DNA of 64,000 bases from Marsupella aquatica (Eukaryota > Plantae > Marchantiophyta): positions 4,699,079 to 4,763,078 of the forward strand of contig OZ316898.1 in NCBI GenBank assembly GCA_973895155.1, in the 5' to 3' direction. Under the pieces are notes generated by a model that saw nothing but the letters and a program-made list of their open reading frames with translations, did not search any database and was not told the DNA's origin. Within the stretch, counting starts at the first letter, position 1. Every line of letters begins with the position of its first letter. Shown piece by piece: positions 39,264 through 52,600 of the stretch. A program made the position numbers and the translations under genes.

Positions 39264-40731
39264 TGCGACAGCGGGCTAGAACATAATTACTAGTTGTTGC
39301 CTTTCCATTGAGCACAATTTTTGGGTTCTGTTTCAGTTTAGATTTATTCGTGTCCTTTAACAGGTGGGCATCGTACTCACTTCAATTCCCTTAATTCCAG
39401 GAATGTGAAGTTTGTGATCAGAATACATATTCACAATACATGTCCCTGTACCAAATGGACAATAAAACTGCTTCAATTCCATTCATTTCAGGAATCTGAA
39501 GTAATCCCACATCCGAATTCAAATAGTGCTAAAGTTTGTGTCCCTGGACCAAATGGATCTTCATATGCTTCACTGCAATTCATGGCAAGCAACTGCAGTA
39601 TGTCTGACCAAGCTCGGAATCCTCGAATGGAACCGGCAATCTTGAACCACCAGTCTTACAGATCAGCAAAACATGATGTCCCACTACCTTTTGGACTTTA
39701 AGATTGCATCAATTCCAGCAGTCTCCAGAGCCAGAAGCATTCTACTGGCACTATTAAGAAGTTCAAATCCGGCAGTACCAAACGTAAAGAAGAATATGGT
39801 CAGTTCAGAACTCTGTATGTTTAGGGTACCTGACGTTTTCCGCTGTTTCAGATGGAAAATTTGGTTCTCTATAATGTCTACTCCTTCAAAGGCAAGAGTT
39901 GAGATTGGACGGGATATTATTGTGCAGATGTGATCACATAGAGGATGAGTGGTCTTTGCTGGGATTGCTTAGACCTCAATTTCATTTGACAAGGGTGGAG
40001 TGGATAGCTTCGTATGAATAAGTCGCGGTGACTGGGAAGGTAAATCTGAAGTGGACTGATTGAATACGTTGGTTAATGGGAAGTGAACCACAGTAACTGA
40101 AAATTATGTCCAGGTGAAGGAGTACCTATGCCTCCGGTTATTCATCCCAAGTTGAGACGAAGAACACTGCCCAACCCTAATGCCAAACTCCAGTACTCAA
40201 AAGCATGCCTGCATGACATGGCTAGCGAATACATAGTTTCTCACAATTTTAGTAGTGTACATGCAATGTGTATTAACATCCATGCCACATGCAAACATGT
40301 AAAACAACTCGTTCTATTGCTTTTTAGAGTGAAATTTGCCATGGCCAAAGTTGGGAAGTGATTAGGTACTTGGATTTCTTATGGCTACGGTGTTGAATGT
40401 AATATCAAAATCCAAACTGTTACCTATGGAAGTTGATGTGTAGATGAATTTTCTTGTTTGACCAAAGGACCTGATTGGACCAAACAATTTTTATGACATC
40501 AAAATTTAATCTTTTAATTTAATTGGAATGACATGGTTTAGATTTAAGCAACCAGATTTAATATACAAAGAGCTTTTTGGAATTAAGATCCCATTAGAGC
40601 TTATAATTGACTTGACTCACAAATTAATTGCTCTCATTACACTCAAGTGTGAACTTTGGCCAAAGACCGTAGATCTCCAGTGTAGGTTGAGAGATGCAAC
40701 AAAAAATTGCAAACATCCCATTTATGAGGGT

Positions 40732-41099
40732 TGTTGAACATAGACGACAATAGCAACGGTAAGTCTAAAACATCCAACGCACACGAGTCGACACAGAGAG
40801 ATACGTGGTTCATCTCCACATGAGGTTACGTCCACGGGAATACACAAGAGCTTTACTACACTATAGGCCGATCGGCCATACCAAACATCTACAGCGCAAG
40901 CTCTATCTATCTCTCAACTAGCTCCGTAACAATAAGCCTAAGTTCCCTCTCTCCAATGAAACACCGTTTGGTTATAGAGTGTGCATAGCATGACTAACCT
41001 AACCAAGTCTGCGACTAAGGGTAGCCTTAACTATGGTACAGTCGTAACTCTAGACCTAAGAGTAAATCCTAATAAGGGCACTTGTGCCTTTTTTCAACA
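40732..41099. mobile_element. Solo-LTR-like segment (copia-style), 368 bp
   Basis: Ends TGTTGAA...TTCAACA. Internal gatacgtggttc...tacgtccac resembles motifs common in plant copia LTRs. Flanking 5-mers do not match (agggt vs aagca). Confidence 0.55.
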
Positions 41100-41489
41100 A
41101 AGCAAAGTGACACTTCTTGTTCTAAAGATAGACTCCTGACTAGACTAACCTAAGATGGCAAGTAATTGGTCTATGTGTGGAGATTCATAATTCATCCAAG
41201 CTAACCCTCCTGGACCGTAAAAGTGAAGAAATGAGGGGGGCCAAAAGGTGTGAGTTATTGTTCATAGACAGCAGTCTACAGTTGCATTCTGGTTTATGTT
41301 GGATAGGGGAAGGTATGGCTGGAGGGCATTAGCTCGGGCAAATATCAAGTTTCCATGAGTCTGCTAATCAATCGTTTCAGGTTATTCTAGTCTAGTTAAA
41401 GCCAACCCCTACACAAAATGGAGGACAATGTGACAATTAAATTAGTTTTAGGGGCAGATCAATACTAGGATTCAACCAGTATGGGGGAT

Positions 41490-43020
41490 ACAATGATAAA
41501 ACACCATCCACATTAATGCAAGGTAGCAAGTAGTCATTGTAACCATTCACTTTCTCTGGGCTTGCTTTCCTCGGTGTTGCATTACCACAGGGTAAGCCCA
41601 CCCCTGTACAAAATGGTTGAGAACTAAATTAGTTTTGGGTTGGGACTAGAGTTTTTGATCCCTAAGTATGCACGGTCCACATTAATACAAGGTTATTCTA
41701 GCTATCGTAACCATGATGTACTCACTGCGGGCTTACCATAGTGAGAAAGGCTAAAAGGTTACGTAGGATAGTAAACCACTGTCCACATTAATACAATGCT
41801 AGTGTATTTGTCCTAGCCATCATGTACTCACTGTCAACTTACCATAGTCATAAAGGCTAAAATGTCACATAGGATAGTAAACCATGGTCCACATGAATAC
41901 TAGGTTACTGTAGTTATTGTAGCTGTCATTCACTCCCTGGGGGCTTACCACAGTCATGGAGGCTAAATTCTCACATAAGATAGTAAACCACAGCTCTCAT
42001 TACACACAAAGCTCATGAAGGCTAAACTCTCACATAGAGTAAACCATGGTTCACATTAACACAAGGCTTCTGTAGTTCTCTTAGTCGTCATGTACTCCCT
42101 CTAGGCTTACCACAGTTATGAAGGCTAAACTCTCGGATGGGATAGTCAAACCACGGTTCACACACAACACTACTGTAGTTCATAGCTGTCATGAACTCAT
42201 TGCAGGCTTACCACAGTCATGAAGGCTAAACTCTTGCATAAGATAGTAAACCACAGTTCACATTAACACAAGGCTCCTGTAGTTATCATAGTCAGCATGT
42301 CCTCACTGTGGGCTTACCACAGTCACTTTTAAGGGTAGAATGTCAATAGGGTAGTAAACCATGGCTCACATTAACACAAGGCTACTGTAGTTCTCATAGC
42401 CGTCATGAACTCATTGCAGGCTTACCACAGTCATGAAGGCTAAACTCTCGCATAAGACAGTAAACCACGGTTCACATTAACACAAGGCTACTGTAGTTAT
42501 CGTAGTTGGCATGTCCTCACTGCTGGCTTACCACAGTCACTTCTAAGGGTAGAATGTCAATAGGGTAGTAAACCACGGTTCGCATTAACACAAGGCTACT
42601 GTAGTTCTTGTAGCCATCATGAAGGCTAAACTGTCGGCATAAAATAGTAAACCACGGTTCACATTAACACAAGGCTACTTTCGTTATCATCGTAGTCAGC
42701 ATGTCCTCATTGCGGGCTTACCACAGTCACTTTTAAGGGTAGAATGTCAATAGGGTAGTAAACCATGGCTCCCATTAACACAAGGCTACTGTAGTTCTTG
42801 TAGCCGTCATGAACTCATTGCAGGCTTACCACAGTCATGAACGCTAAACTCTCGCATAAAATAGTAAACTACGGTTTACATTAACACAAGGCTACTCTCG
42901 TTATCATCGTAGTCAGCATGTCCTCACTGCGGGCTTACCACAGTCACTTTTAAGGGTAGAATGTCAATAGGGTAGTAAACCACGGTTCATATTAACGCGA
43001 GGCGCGAAGGCTAAACTCTC
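41490..43020. repeat. ~107-bp minisatellite array, ~12-14 units, with alternating A/B variants
   Basis: ggcttaccacag recurs at ~41942, 42104, 42206, 42311, 42419, 42525, 42716, 42822 and 42932. Core is tagtaaaccacggttcacattaacacaaggctactgtagtt. Confidence 0.93.
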
Positions 43021-43640
43021 ACATCAGAATGCGGTAATCGCGCAACACTGACAGGGCCCACATTGTCGTAAATTTTGCGCATCGATTGATCGCTCCAATC
43101 CATTGACCATCGAAGGCAGCATCCAGTGCTTCTTGTCCGCTGCTCACTTATTCCAAGCTTTCATCGTGGAACCAGAGGAGAAGCGAAAGTACCCGAAGAA
43201 GCAGGAGCAGCAGACGAAGTCGAAGGCCAGCTGAGGAGGATTCGAAGCAAGCGAGGAACGGGAAGGAGGAAACGGTGATTGTGTATTTTTCTTCGTCTTG
43301 ACGAGTCGGGGAGGAGGGCAGGGCGAGACAGGGCGTCACGTTTACGTCTCCACGCTTTCACAGCTTGTGCTGCTGTGATGTTTTTTAGTTTCTGGACTTG
43401 CCCGTGAGGCCCGTTTCTGGTCATTGTGGAAGCGAGGGAAGGCAGGGCAGCCCACCCGGCGCTTCGCAGGACAGCGTATATCATACTGTTGTTGGTCGAG
43501 GGCGGAGATTCAGGAAACGCTCGAATTGGTCGGAGACGAACTCGCGAACACAACATACACATTACAGGTCGTCGGCGGTCGGTCGCAAAGAGAGTTTAGA
43601 GCAAAGAAAGTCTCAATGCGTTGCAGCTCATCTCGTCAGC

Positions 43641-46600
43641 ATGTCGGAATTAACGAATCCCTTCGCATCTGCTAATGCTGATTCGCGGAGAGAGTATCCG
43701 GAGGCAGGAGGAGGAGAAGAGGAGGATGAAGGAGAAGAGGATGCGTCAGGAGAACGCGATACATCAAGAGAACAGGTTACACCAGGAGAAAGACCAAGGG
43801 AGGAGCAGCAGGCTGATACCGATGACGAAGGAGATCCGGATCTATTGCTCTTCCATAGTCGATCGAAATCCGAAGAAGCGGCAGATGCTGCTGGCGATGA
43901 GGCACCAAAACCTTCGCCAGCACTGGATAAGGCAACAGCAAAAGCAGCAGCAGCTCTTGAACCATCACTCGGAACTTCGATAGGTAGCGACGGCACTAAT
44001 ACCGCCAGCTCGTTGAGGAGCAGCAGAGGGGGAGTTGAAGGACGGAGAACTCCTATACTGCAGAATTGGAGGCCTGAACAGGTTGAGGAGGTTCCTCACC
44101 CTGTACGAGTGACGGCAAGTGTAGGAGGAGGAATCAATAGGGGCGGTATGGAGTGGATCACGACACAGCACCTGGATCTGTCACCCGTTAGGGCCGGTTC
44201 TCCCAGCGTCCAGCCTCATTGTGCTGCGTTTCATCACACTCAGGCCCTTTTCGCTGCTGCTGTTGGGAGAAACATCATTGGTTAGTTGAGCCCTTATGTA
44301 GAGTGTTTGATTAATCAAGTACCTATCTTGCTCTGGGGGATCACTTTTAGTATTTTGTCATGGTTTCTGCTTGGCACAATTGCAAGTCTTTGCGAGATCG
44401 AGTCGGTTTCCTACCTAAGATTGTACCTCACTAATGCCGGTGCTCTCAGCTGGTGTAGCTCCCGTGAACAATGGAGTGCTTCTAACTGTGTAGATGCAGA
44501 GTTTGAAGATGGGCAGAATGCCCAAAACTGAGCATGCGCCACAGATCTAGTCACTGATTGACATGTAATGCAATTGATTGTGTATAAATTGCGTGGATGC
44601 AGAGTTTGACGCATTGACAGGAACTAAACTGTCAAGTATTGATATTGGCGCGCCTGTTGTTCGAATGGCGTATAGTCCTGCGGGGGGGCACATCATTGTA
44701 GCAGTTCTCGAGGTGCTAAGTAATTAGAACCTGTCTTGAAATTCTCATTAATTGAAAAAAAGGAGAATCAGCATTGTTGGTTGGCATAATGCCTAGTAAA
44801 GCAAAATGTCTCGAGAATTATTGAGAGAATCGTATTTTGGCCGGTGAGCAGGACTGGACAATCAGATCATGGGATTTGGACACCGAACACACATATGTAC
44901 TTTATTCCCCTGGAGATAAGAAATCAAGCAAGGTACCAGGGGGTTCTGTTGAAGTACACATAGCTCTGACTCCACTCCGGCCTTGGCTCTTCTTCGGTGC
45001 TCATCATCGAATGAGTGTAAATGGTAAGGACACAAATTTAGTTCGTGTCTAGCCAGATACCGTAGAGAAAGCATATGGCTGCAAGTGCTGTTTGAGGAAC
45101 GCTATTGGCTTGGGGAAAATTGTCTGGAAATTGAGCTACCTCCTAGCTTCATTGTTTGACTAATGTTTTTGGTGTGTCTCGTCTGAGCAGTGGTTGGAAC
45201 TATTGAAGGTGTACGAGCTGCAACAAGGATTAAAACAGATTTGAAAAAGCCCATAACTGACCTTGCTTGCCATCCAAGAAGTCCGCTCCTGGTAAATCTT
45301 CTAAACAGCGGGTTGTCCGTTCAAAGTAGAGAGTTTGGGTCCCCTTGTGATAGCTTGAGTCTGGTTGCTTGTCCTAAAATCATCCAAATGCTGCTCCAGC
45401 TTTCGTCAAAAGGGTTGTTCTCACCATGCTTCCTCTTGTTGTGCGTGTTGCAGTATGTTGCTTATGCTGATGGTCTTGTCCGCGCATATAACATTCAGAA
45501 CTTCAGCGTACAATATACACTGCAAGGTAGTACATAATTTAGTCTCGCGCTCCAAATATCTCGAACTGGCAATGCTAGTTAGACTACCTTTTCACGAGCA
45601 TTGATAGTTGTAGTGTTGAATTTAAATGTTGCTCTGCTTGCGTATTATGAAATCAATGTCCTAGACTTTTTTCTGTTCGCACAAGTTCTTATCGATGTGT
45701 TGGTTTGCAGTTGATCCTTCAATAAAGCTAATAGGAGCAGGCGCCTTCGCTTTTCACTCCCTCTTAGAATGGGTCTTCATTGGTGATCGCAGCGGGACAC
45801 TCTTGGCTTGGGATGTCTCTGTCCCGAACCGGCCCAGCATGATAGGAATGTAAGTCAACAAGTCTAGCTTGCTTCATCTCACAAATGCCTGCAGTAATGC
45901 TGTTTTCTTAAGTTTTAATCTAACCCAAGAAATTCTCAGGATGTGCAATACCCAGTCATAAGGTTTATGTCCTCCGTGCAAAGGTCGAGACATTCTCCGG
46001 TCATATTAGCTGCCCGGTGTTCGTCGATTTCTTTTTCGAGGCTGGTGAGGAATTTAGAAGTCAAGTTGCTTGTAATTCCAGTTGAAAGTCTACTATGGCA
46101 GACCAAGCCAACTGTCATGCTTGGTTGCCCGATTCATGATGGACTGAAGTTAGCAGTTGCAGTTGCTGTTATGGCCAGCCTCTTATGGAGTACCAACAGC
46201 GGGACTCCTTATTTCGGATGCTTGGTTGCGCAGAACACAAATAGGTAGCAATCCAGTAGCTGCCCTTGCATGGCATCCGATGTTGCAATTATTGCTCACC
46301 CTTTCAAAGGAGGGCGCTGTACAAGTTTGGAGGCCTCGAGTGTTTTTAAATCCAAACCGAACACACTTGCGTGCCAATTTCTTTGAACCCGCTGGTAAGT
46401 CACCTGCCTACCAACGTGTCGCTGTTGGTGATGTATGAGACGTTTCATAAATACAACTTAAACTCTGAATTGCCGATAAGAGATGGCCATGGATGTGCCG
46501 CTATCATTTACATTTAAGGGGCAATAAGATTGTTTGCTTGATACGGGACGTATGGATGGATAGGCTTGCTAAAAGAATATCTGTTCCTATGTTTAATTTT

Positions 46601-49600
46601 TCTCTTCCTTGTCAAACGTTGGCATTCTCGCGATCTGCAGGATTGGAAACTTTGGATGTTGGGAACATTCTCACTCAATTTGGTGGGGTTCCTGTGTACC
46701 CAATACCACGTGTCGTGAATCTCCTTGTTCATCCTAAGCTGAACTTGGCCACAGTTTTATTTGCGGTGAGTCTTATTTATCTCATTATATTCTTGCCATC
46801 TGTCTCTGCGGTCCGATGGTCTATTTCGGTCGCTGTGGATTTGGATTACAGTTATGCACTTGTTTACAGTTATCACTATGGTCTAGTAGTTTTCCAGTGA
46901 CAAATATTATGAACTACATTAAGGATCCTCAATGTTGAACAATCTGATGGTATAATACTAGTGTTATTTAAACTTGGCTAGCATCTTATCGAATTTGAAT
47001 CTGAGTTGGAATCTGGTTGAGTAGAGTATGGCAGGTGGGGATGACACGAAGAAGAGGACGTTAACATTATCTCGAGAGGCCAGGAAACAGCTGTTTTCTG
47101 TGCTTCAAAGTGCAAGAGGTTCGCCAGGTATTTGCCACCATGTCAAACTAATAGGACTTAATGTTGAGTGTATGAGCTGAACGTGGCGACTTATTGATTT
47201 GATTCGGTGAAAGGTTTCAAATTTTAAATTAGGTTCGTGTACAAGGTGCAGGCTTTTAAGTCTTTCTCCTGAAGAGGATTATTAATCTTCCTGAAAGGTT
47301 CACAAATAGCTATTTTCCCACGGAAAGGATTTCCCAGCAAACCAAAAATTAGGGAGTGAAACAACTTTCAGTGTTTTTCTTTCATCACCATGCAGCGCTT
47401 GATGTACTGTAAATGGTGGTAATGATTGCGCGTTACAGTTTCTGTACTCAAAGAGAAGTTATCTGCATTGGGTGGCGTTGGTATAATGATGCCTGGCCAT
47501 CAGCTCATGCAACAGGCACGGTCACAAGCTGGGTAAGTTTCAAGATGATCGTGATGCTCCTCTAGGTGTTTTTGGCTCTATTCTGTGAAATCTGCTTTGC
47601 CTTGACTCGACGGTATTCTGCAGCCAAAATTAGAGTTTTTGTTTTGTTTCTAAGTTTTTTTGTTCTTTAAATGTTGGTATATTTGGCAACGAAAGAAAAT
47701 CATAAGCATTTCCAGCGTCAGCACGTGCGAATTACTTTCATGGCTCCATACGAACTCATAGACTTAGTTTTAGTTATCAACACACCGGATCCCTCCGCCA
47801 TATTGTTGTTTCATTTTCTCGCTTTTTTATGCTGCTAAAACTTTTTATGGTCCTGGTTTTCCTTCAGGGGGGCACAGCTTACAATGTCTGATCTGGCGAG
47901 GAAGGCTTTTCTTTATGGAGTAAGTACTATATAGTCCTCTTTATGTCTCTATGAGAGGTCTCTCTATTTATGACCTTGAAGGTTCATCTCCTAAAATTTG
48001 CTGTTTATGGATCAAATCAAGGATTGTGTCGATGTCTGAAATAGGAGCTGGGGCAACATGATGTCAATATTGCAAGAAACCATTCCAGCCAAAGTTCTGA
48101 GACGTTAGCCGTAAGGATGATTATATGGTACATGTTCTTGATAGCCTTCGTAATTGTCTCCGAGCGTCTGATAAGATCGTCCTGTCAACGTTGTGGACCA
48201 TCCGCAGAACTCAACTATCGAGCAAGTCAGGAGTGGACCAATCCTCACCCTGCCTCTACTGACGATCGCAGATTACAGCCATTTACTACGTGATGTCCCA
48301 GTTTGCCATGTGAGTGGACACAATTGTGACTTTAATATCCTGGGAGAAAACTTCTTGCAGGCCTCGCCTCATTTTCGTATGTAATCATTGTACTTATTAG
48401 TCTCCTAGACGATGCAGGCGCTCTCTACGATTTTGTTGCTACGAAAATATCAATAACTTTTTGAGTGGTAACTTGAATAACCAGCCATTACAACAAGAAT
48501 TGAAGTTCTTCAATTCTGAACAACGCATCTTCAATTATCCTACAAGGGTTTTTTTTATGGACGGTTGCAACCTGACGTCCCATAATCTGACGAATGGGGA
48601 CTACAACATTGTCAAGAAATTTGTGACTACGGTATTGCCATTCTACCTTGATAATAGTTTTGTTAGTGGTCCTAAGAATGCTCGAATTTTCGACGAGATC
48701 TAGATGATAATGTGAGCCATCGGGTCCAAGTGATTTGAAATAAAAGTATAGGATTTCACGATGTCCTTGTTTACCTGGGGGACCCCGCTTGGATTGAGTA
48801 TCTGGTCTTCATCAATCTGATCAGAGGCTTTATCTAGCAGTGGTATTACCTTCATTTGCTAGACTCTGAATTTCAGTTGTTCCCTGTCCGCTTTCCACCC
48901 AACTTACCAACTTCTACCCATTGCCTAGGCTATTGGAGGAAATGAACGTACGCCAAAGCACATGGTTTACAGCAGCAAGCACTACCTGTTTATGATCTTC
49001 TTTGAATGTCGGGGTGCATCGAGTGAGGCAGTCTTGTATCGAGATCCGCAGGGGCTACATGCAAGTGGGGAGCGTGTGACTACGATAGAAGGTCATTTTT
49101 AGCTTGTTTCCGCTATTTTGATAATTCTTTCGAGATATCCTGTCATTCCATTTCTCCTAACATGAGTTTTCCACATTTACAATTACAAATCAGGACCTAC
49201 TTTTGTTTCTGTTGCAGTGGAATCAAAGATTGGTCAGTCAGTCTGTTTGTTTTATAGTGTATGTCAGACTTTATAATCTACTGTCTAGCTCGTCTTATTC
49301 GTCTCTAATTACTGCTAAACTCTTGGAATCACTATATATTGTTTATACCATTGTCCCATTGGGTCCCGGTCGACTCTATTTTCAGTTTATTCTTGGTTGA
49401 AGATTTTAATATCTGAAATGCCCCGCTTTTCAGGTCGTGACGGAGCCTTTGTTGGTATCCAAGAGAACCAGTATGTACTACTGGAGGATGATGGAATGGG
49501 GCTTATGCTGAACTTTTTGGACGAGCCGGTAGATCTGATGATGTCTGCTGGAGAGCCATCTGTTGGTGCTGGGGGCATTGTGAAAAATAAGGCAAACTCT

Positions 49601-52600
49601 GTTCCTGATGCGATCTCATTTGAAGATCCTGTGGCTGAAATAAAGTCTGACAGAACAATCGTGACAAGTTCGGAAAGCAAACCCAGTCGCACAGAGCCAA
49701 GGAGACCTCTGTCATTTGTTTTTGACAGCCCTGTTCAGCGCGTCTTTTCGTCTCCTTTAGGTAATTCCCTTCTTGAAGGATCAATCTTTGGAGTGTCGAA
49801 AGTACCGAAATATATTTTTGGGTGGATCCCCTCTTACTCCTCATGATACTTTTTGATGTACAGTTTTGCAAGTTTTTGGAAGCTTCTTTGAATATGGTCA
49901 TGTCACCCACCTTCTCCCTCGTCGTGATCAGGAGCCCTTGTGTTTGTGACCATTTTTTGCTAATGGATCTATTCCTTGCTTACTCCATGGCAGAATCAAC
50001 CATTTTGTACGTCTTGGCTGACAGTCATTTAGGCGTTGCAAAAGTTTCATCTGAGGCATATCTTACTACCGGTGGTCATCTCATACTCTCCACAAAGCCG
50101 GAGGCAGGAAACTTTTTGAAGTTGAAGCCCCTGGAGAGGGTTCTGCAGGTATCCAAAACCAGTCTCATTTTCTTTCTTGCGAAGCAGCGGATTCTTCACC
50201 TTTTTAGATCTTGAAACCTACAGTAGTTAGTCAAAGTGAAGTTAGAGGGGTAGACATAAGAACTTGGACGCGCGAGGTCTGAGTGCTGATATGTTACTTG
50301 CCGCGTCCTTTTGTTTCTTTGATACTTGGCCTGACTTGATTGAGCACCTCCGGCAGTGTTTCTCCAATTTAAGGCTTCAAAAGAACCGAGAGACGAGTGT
50401 ATTTCGACGTACGGTGCGATGGGATTATTCTTTTCATGTATTGTAGCGAACAGTTGAAGTATTCAGACTCTGTGCGTGGGACCTTTGATCAGCCTGTTTT
50501 AGTCTTACACATGTTTGCTTACTCTATGCAGGTGCGGTGGCAAGAAACTTTGAGCGGTCAAGCAGCTGGAATCATGACCACACAGCGAGTCATGATCACA
50601 TCTGCAAACTTGGAAATTTTAGCGAGCACCTCAACCACCTTTGACAAAGGCTTCCCTCCAATATCCTTTCAAAATCCTGCGTGTTTCCCCTCAGAACAAA
50701 TTGAGAAAGTATATTTTTTCTTTTAGAACTGATTGAAAAACATTTATGGGTTGTTAGAGGGACTGTTTTTGAACTGAGACCTCACGAAATCCTTCTAACC
50801 GATGGGGTCCTATTGTTTACAACTATTTTAGTTTGAGGCTAACGATATAAGTCTAGAAGTATCCAATACAGTTTTTATGGGAATCATTGCCTCTTTTGTC
50901 CTTAACCGCAAAGCACTTTAGATCTCTGTTGTGGGCTGGCCCTGCTCTTCTTTTCTCTACATCAACATCTGTTGCGATTCTAGGATGGGATGGCGTGGCA
51001 CGTCCTTTGGCTACCGTTGGTACTCCAAATTTTGGTGAGTGAAATGTTTCTGCAAGATTCTGACCATTCATTTTAGATCAGTGTGTATCTTTACAATTTC
51101 CATCTCTCGCCAATGATTGCCAATTTCTTTAAGTCGGTGAAAGGATCAATTCGCGATTGCAAATGTCACAATTCTTCCGTCTCAACAGCATTTGTTCAAC
51201 AAGCTGTTGTCTTAGTGCTTTATTACTACCAGGTGTAAGTGGTTAGAAACAGTGGTAAGAAACGGTAGGCTTTTTTTCATTTAACAGACGTTATATCAGC
51301 AAATGCTTTCGACTTTCTGCCCTATTGTATTCCTAGGTCCAGTGGACATTACAAGAGATTCACTTGCATTCAATCACATCCCCACCAGCAGAAACTGAAT
51401 GATGATGGTTGTGGATCATGACAGCTCTGGTTGGGGCACTGAATGACCGTCTTCTACTGGCTTGCACGAATGATCCAAATCCAAAGAACAGACAATTGGT
51501 GGAGATAAAGACACGTCTGCTTGGCTTACTTGAGCCTCTGGTCATCGGATGGACCACCCTGCAAAAATGTTTCGAGCCCAAGCTTGATTTGACAGAAATA
51601 ATGTATCAGCTGACCTCGAGGTGAATTCTGCTAACTTATTTTCCTTCTGCAAAGAAATTAATCTCGGTTAGCTTAGCCTCTGGAGCAGGAAAGTAAAGCA
51701 TCATGTGGTTTCTCAACTCTTCATTGAGTATCCCGGTGTCTACAGTCTGGGTGACAGTTTGGGCAGCCATGCATAATCACCTCAATCAATTTTCCTCACG
51801 GCTGTTAGTTCATGTTGTAGGTTGTTATACAACCTTTAAAGCCGGGGAGGCCTGTCACAGTATGTCCGCCCATCGTTGACTTCGGATTTCGAAGCAGCTC
51901 TAACCAAAGCACGACTGGAATTCTGGATGCCAGGTTTGACAATTTGCGAATAACTCCTAGGTCACTTGATACTTTATCCAATGGCCCTCCTATATGTGGA
52001 GATCTGGCAGTAGAGCTTGCGCAATCCGGGCCACAGTTCACCCAGGTAACGTTGTGGACATTTCTCGTGAAGCAAACCCCTGCCTACTGGTCTTGAAAAT
52101 GTTGATAGGCATGCGAATGGAGCTAGATACTGGTAGTAGAAATACTAATCCAGTGTCAGCGCCTGCTGAGCACCTTTTCCGAAAAGATCGTGACAATCTT
52201 GAACTCTTTGCCACTCTCTGAAAGTTTTCGGGTGGACACCAACTCTGACTTTTTTTTAATTGGATCATTGTTTGATATTTTGCAGGAATTGCGCTGTAAA
52301 TATGCTATCCATGCTCGTCGTTTCGACACTGCCCTGTCCATTTTGAAAGACGAATATCTCCGGTCAAGGGATTATCCAAAGTGCCCTGAAACGACGCGCC
52401 TATTTCAACGCTTCCGTGAGCTTGGCCGTGCATGCATCAAGTACGTATAACGAGGTCTAGCTTTAATGACTGAACTTGTTGTCCACACCTTTGACTGGTT
52501 GGTGCGACTATGCCATCAGTTCATCATCTTCCCTAAGTTGGCACCACTGGCTCAAACATCCTTCATCTGTATGAAAAGGCTAGATATCATCGAGTTAGTT

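Noticed and set aside
41490-43020. CRISPR-like array
   Set aside because: Whole units are repeated with no unique spacers, there are no cas genes, and the context is eukaryotic. It is a minisatellite.
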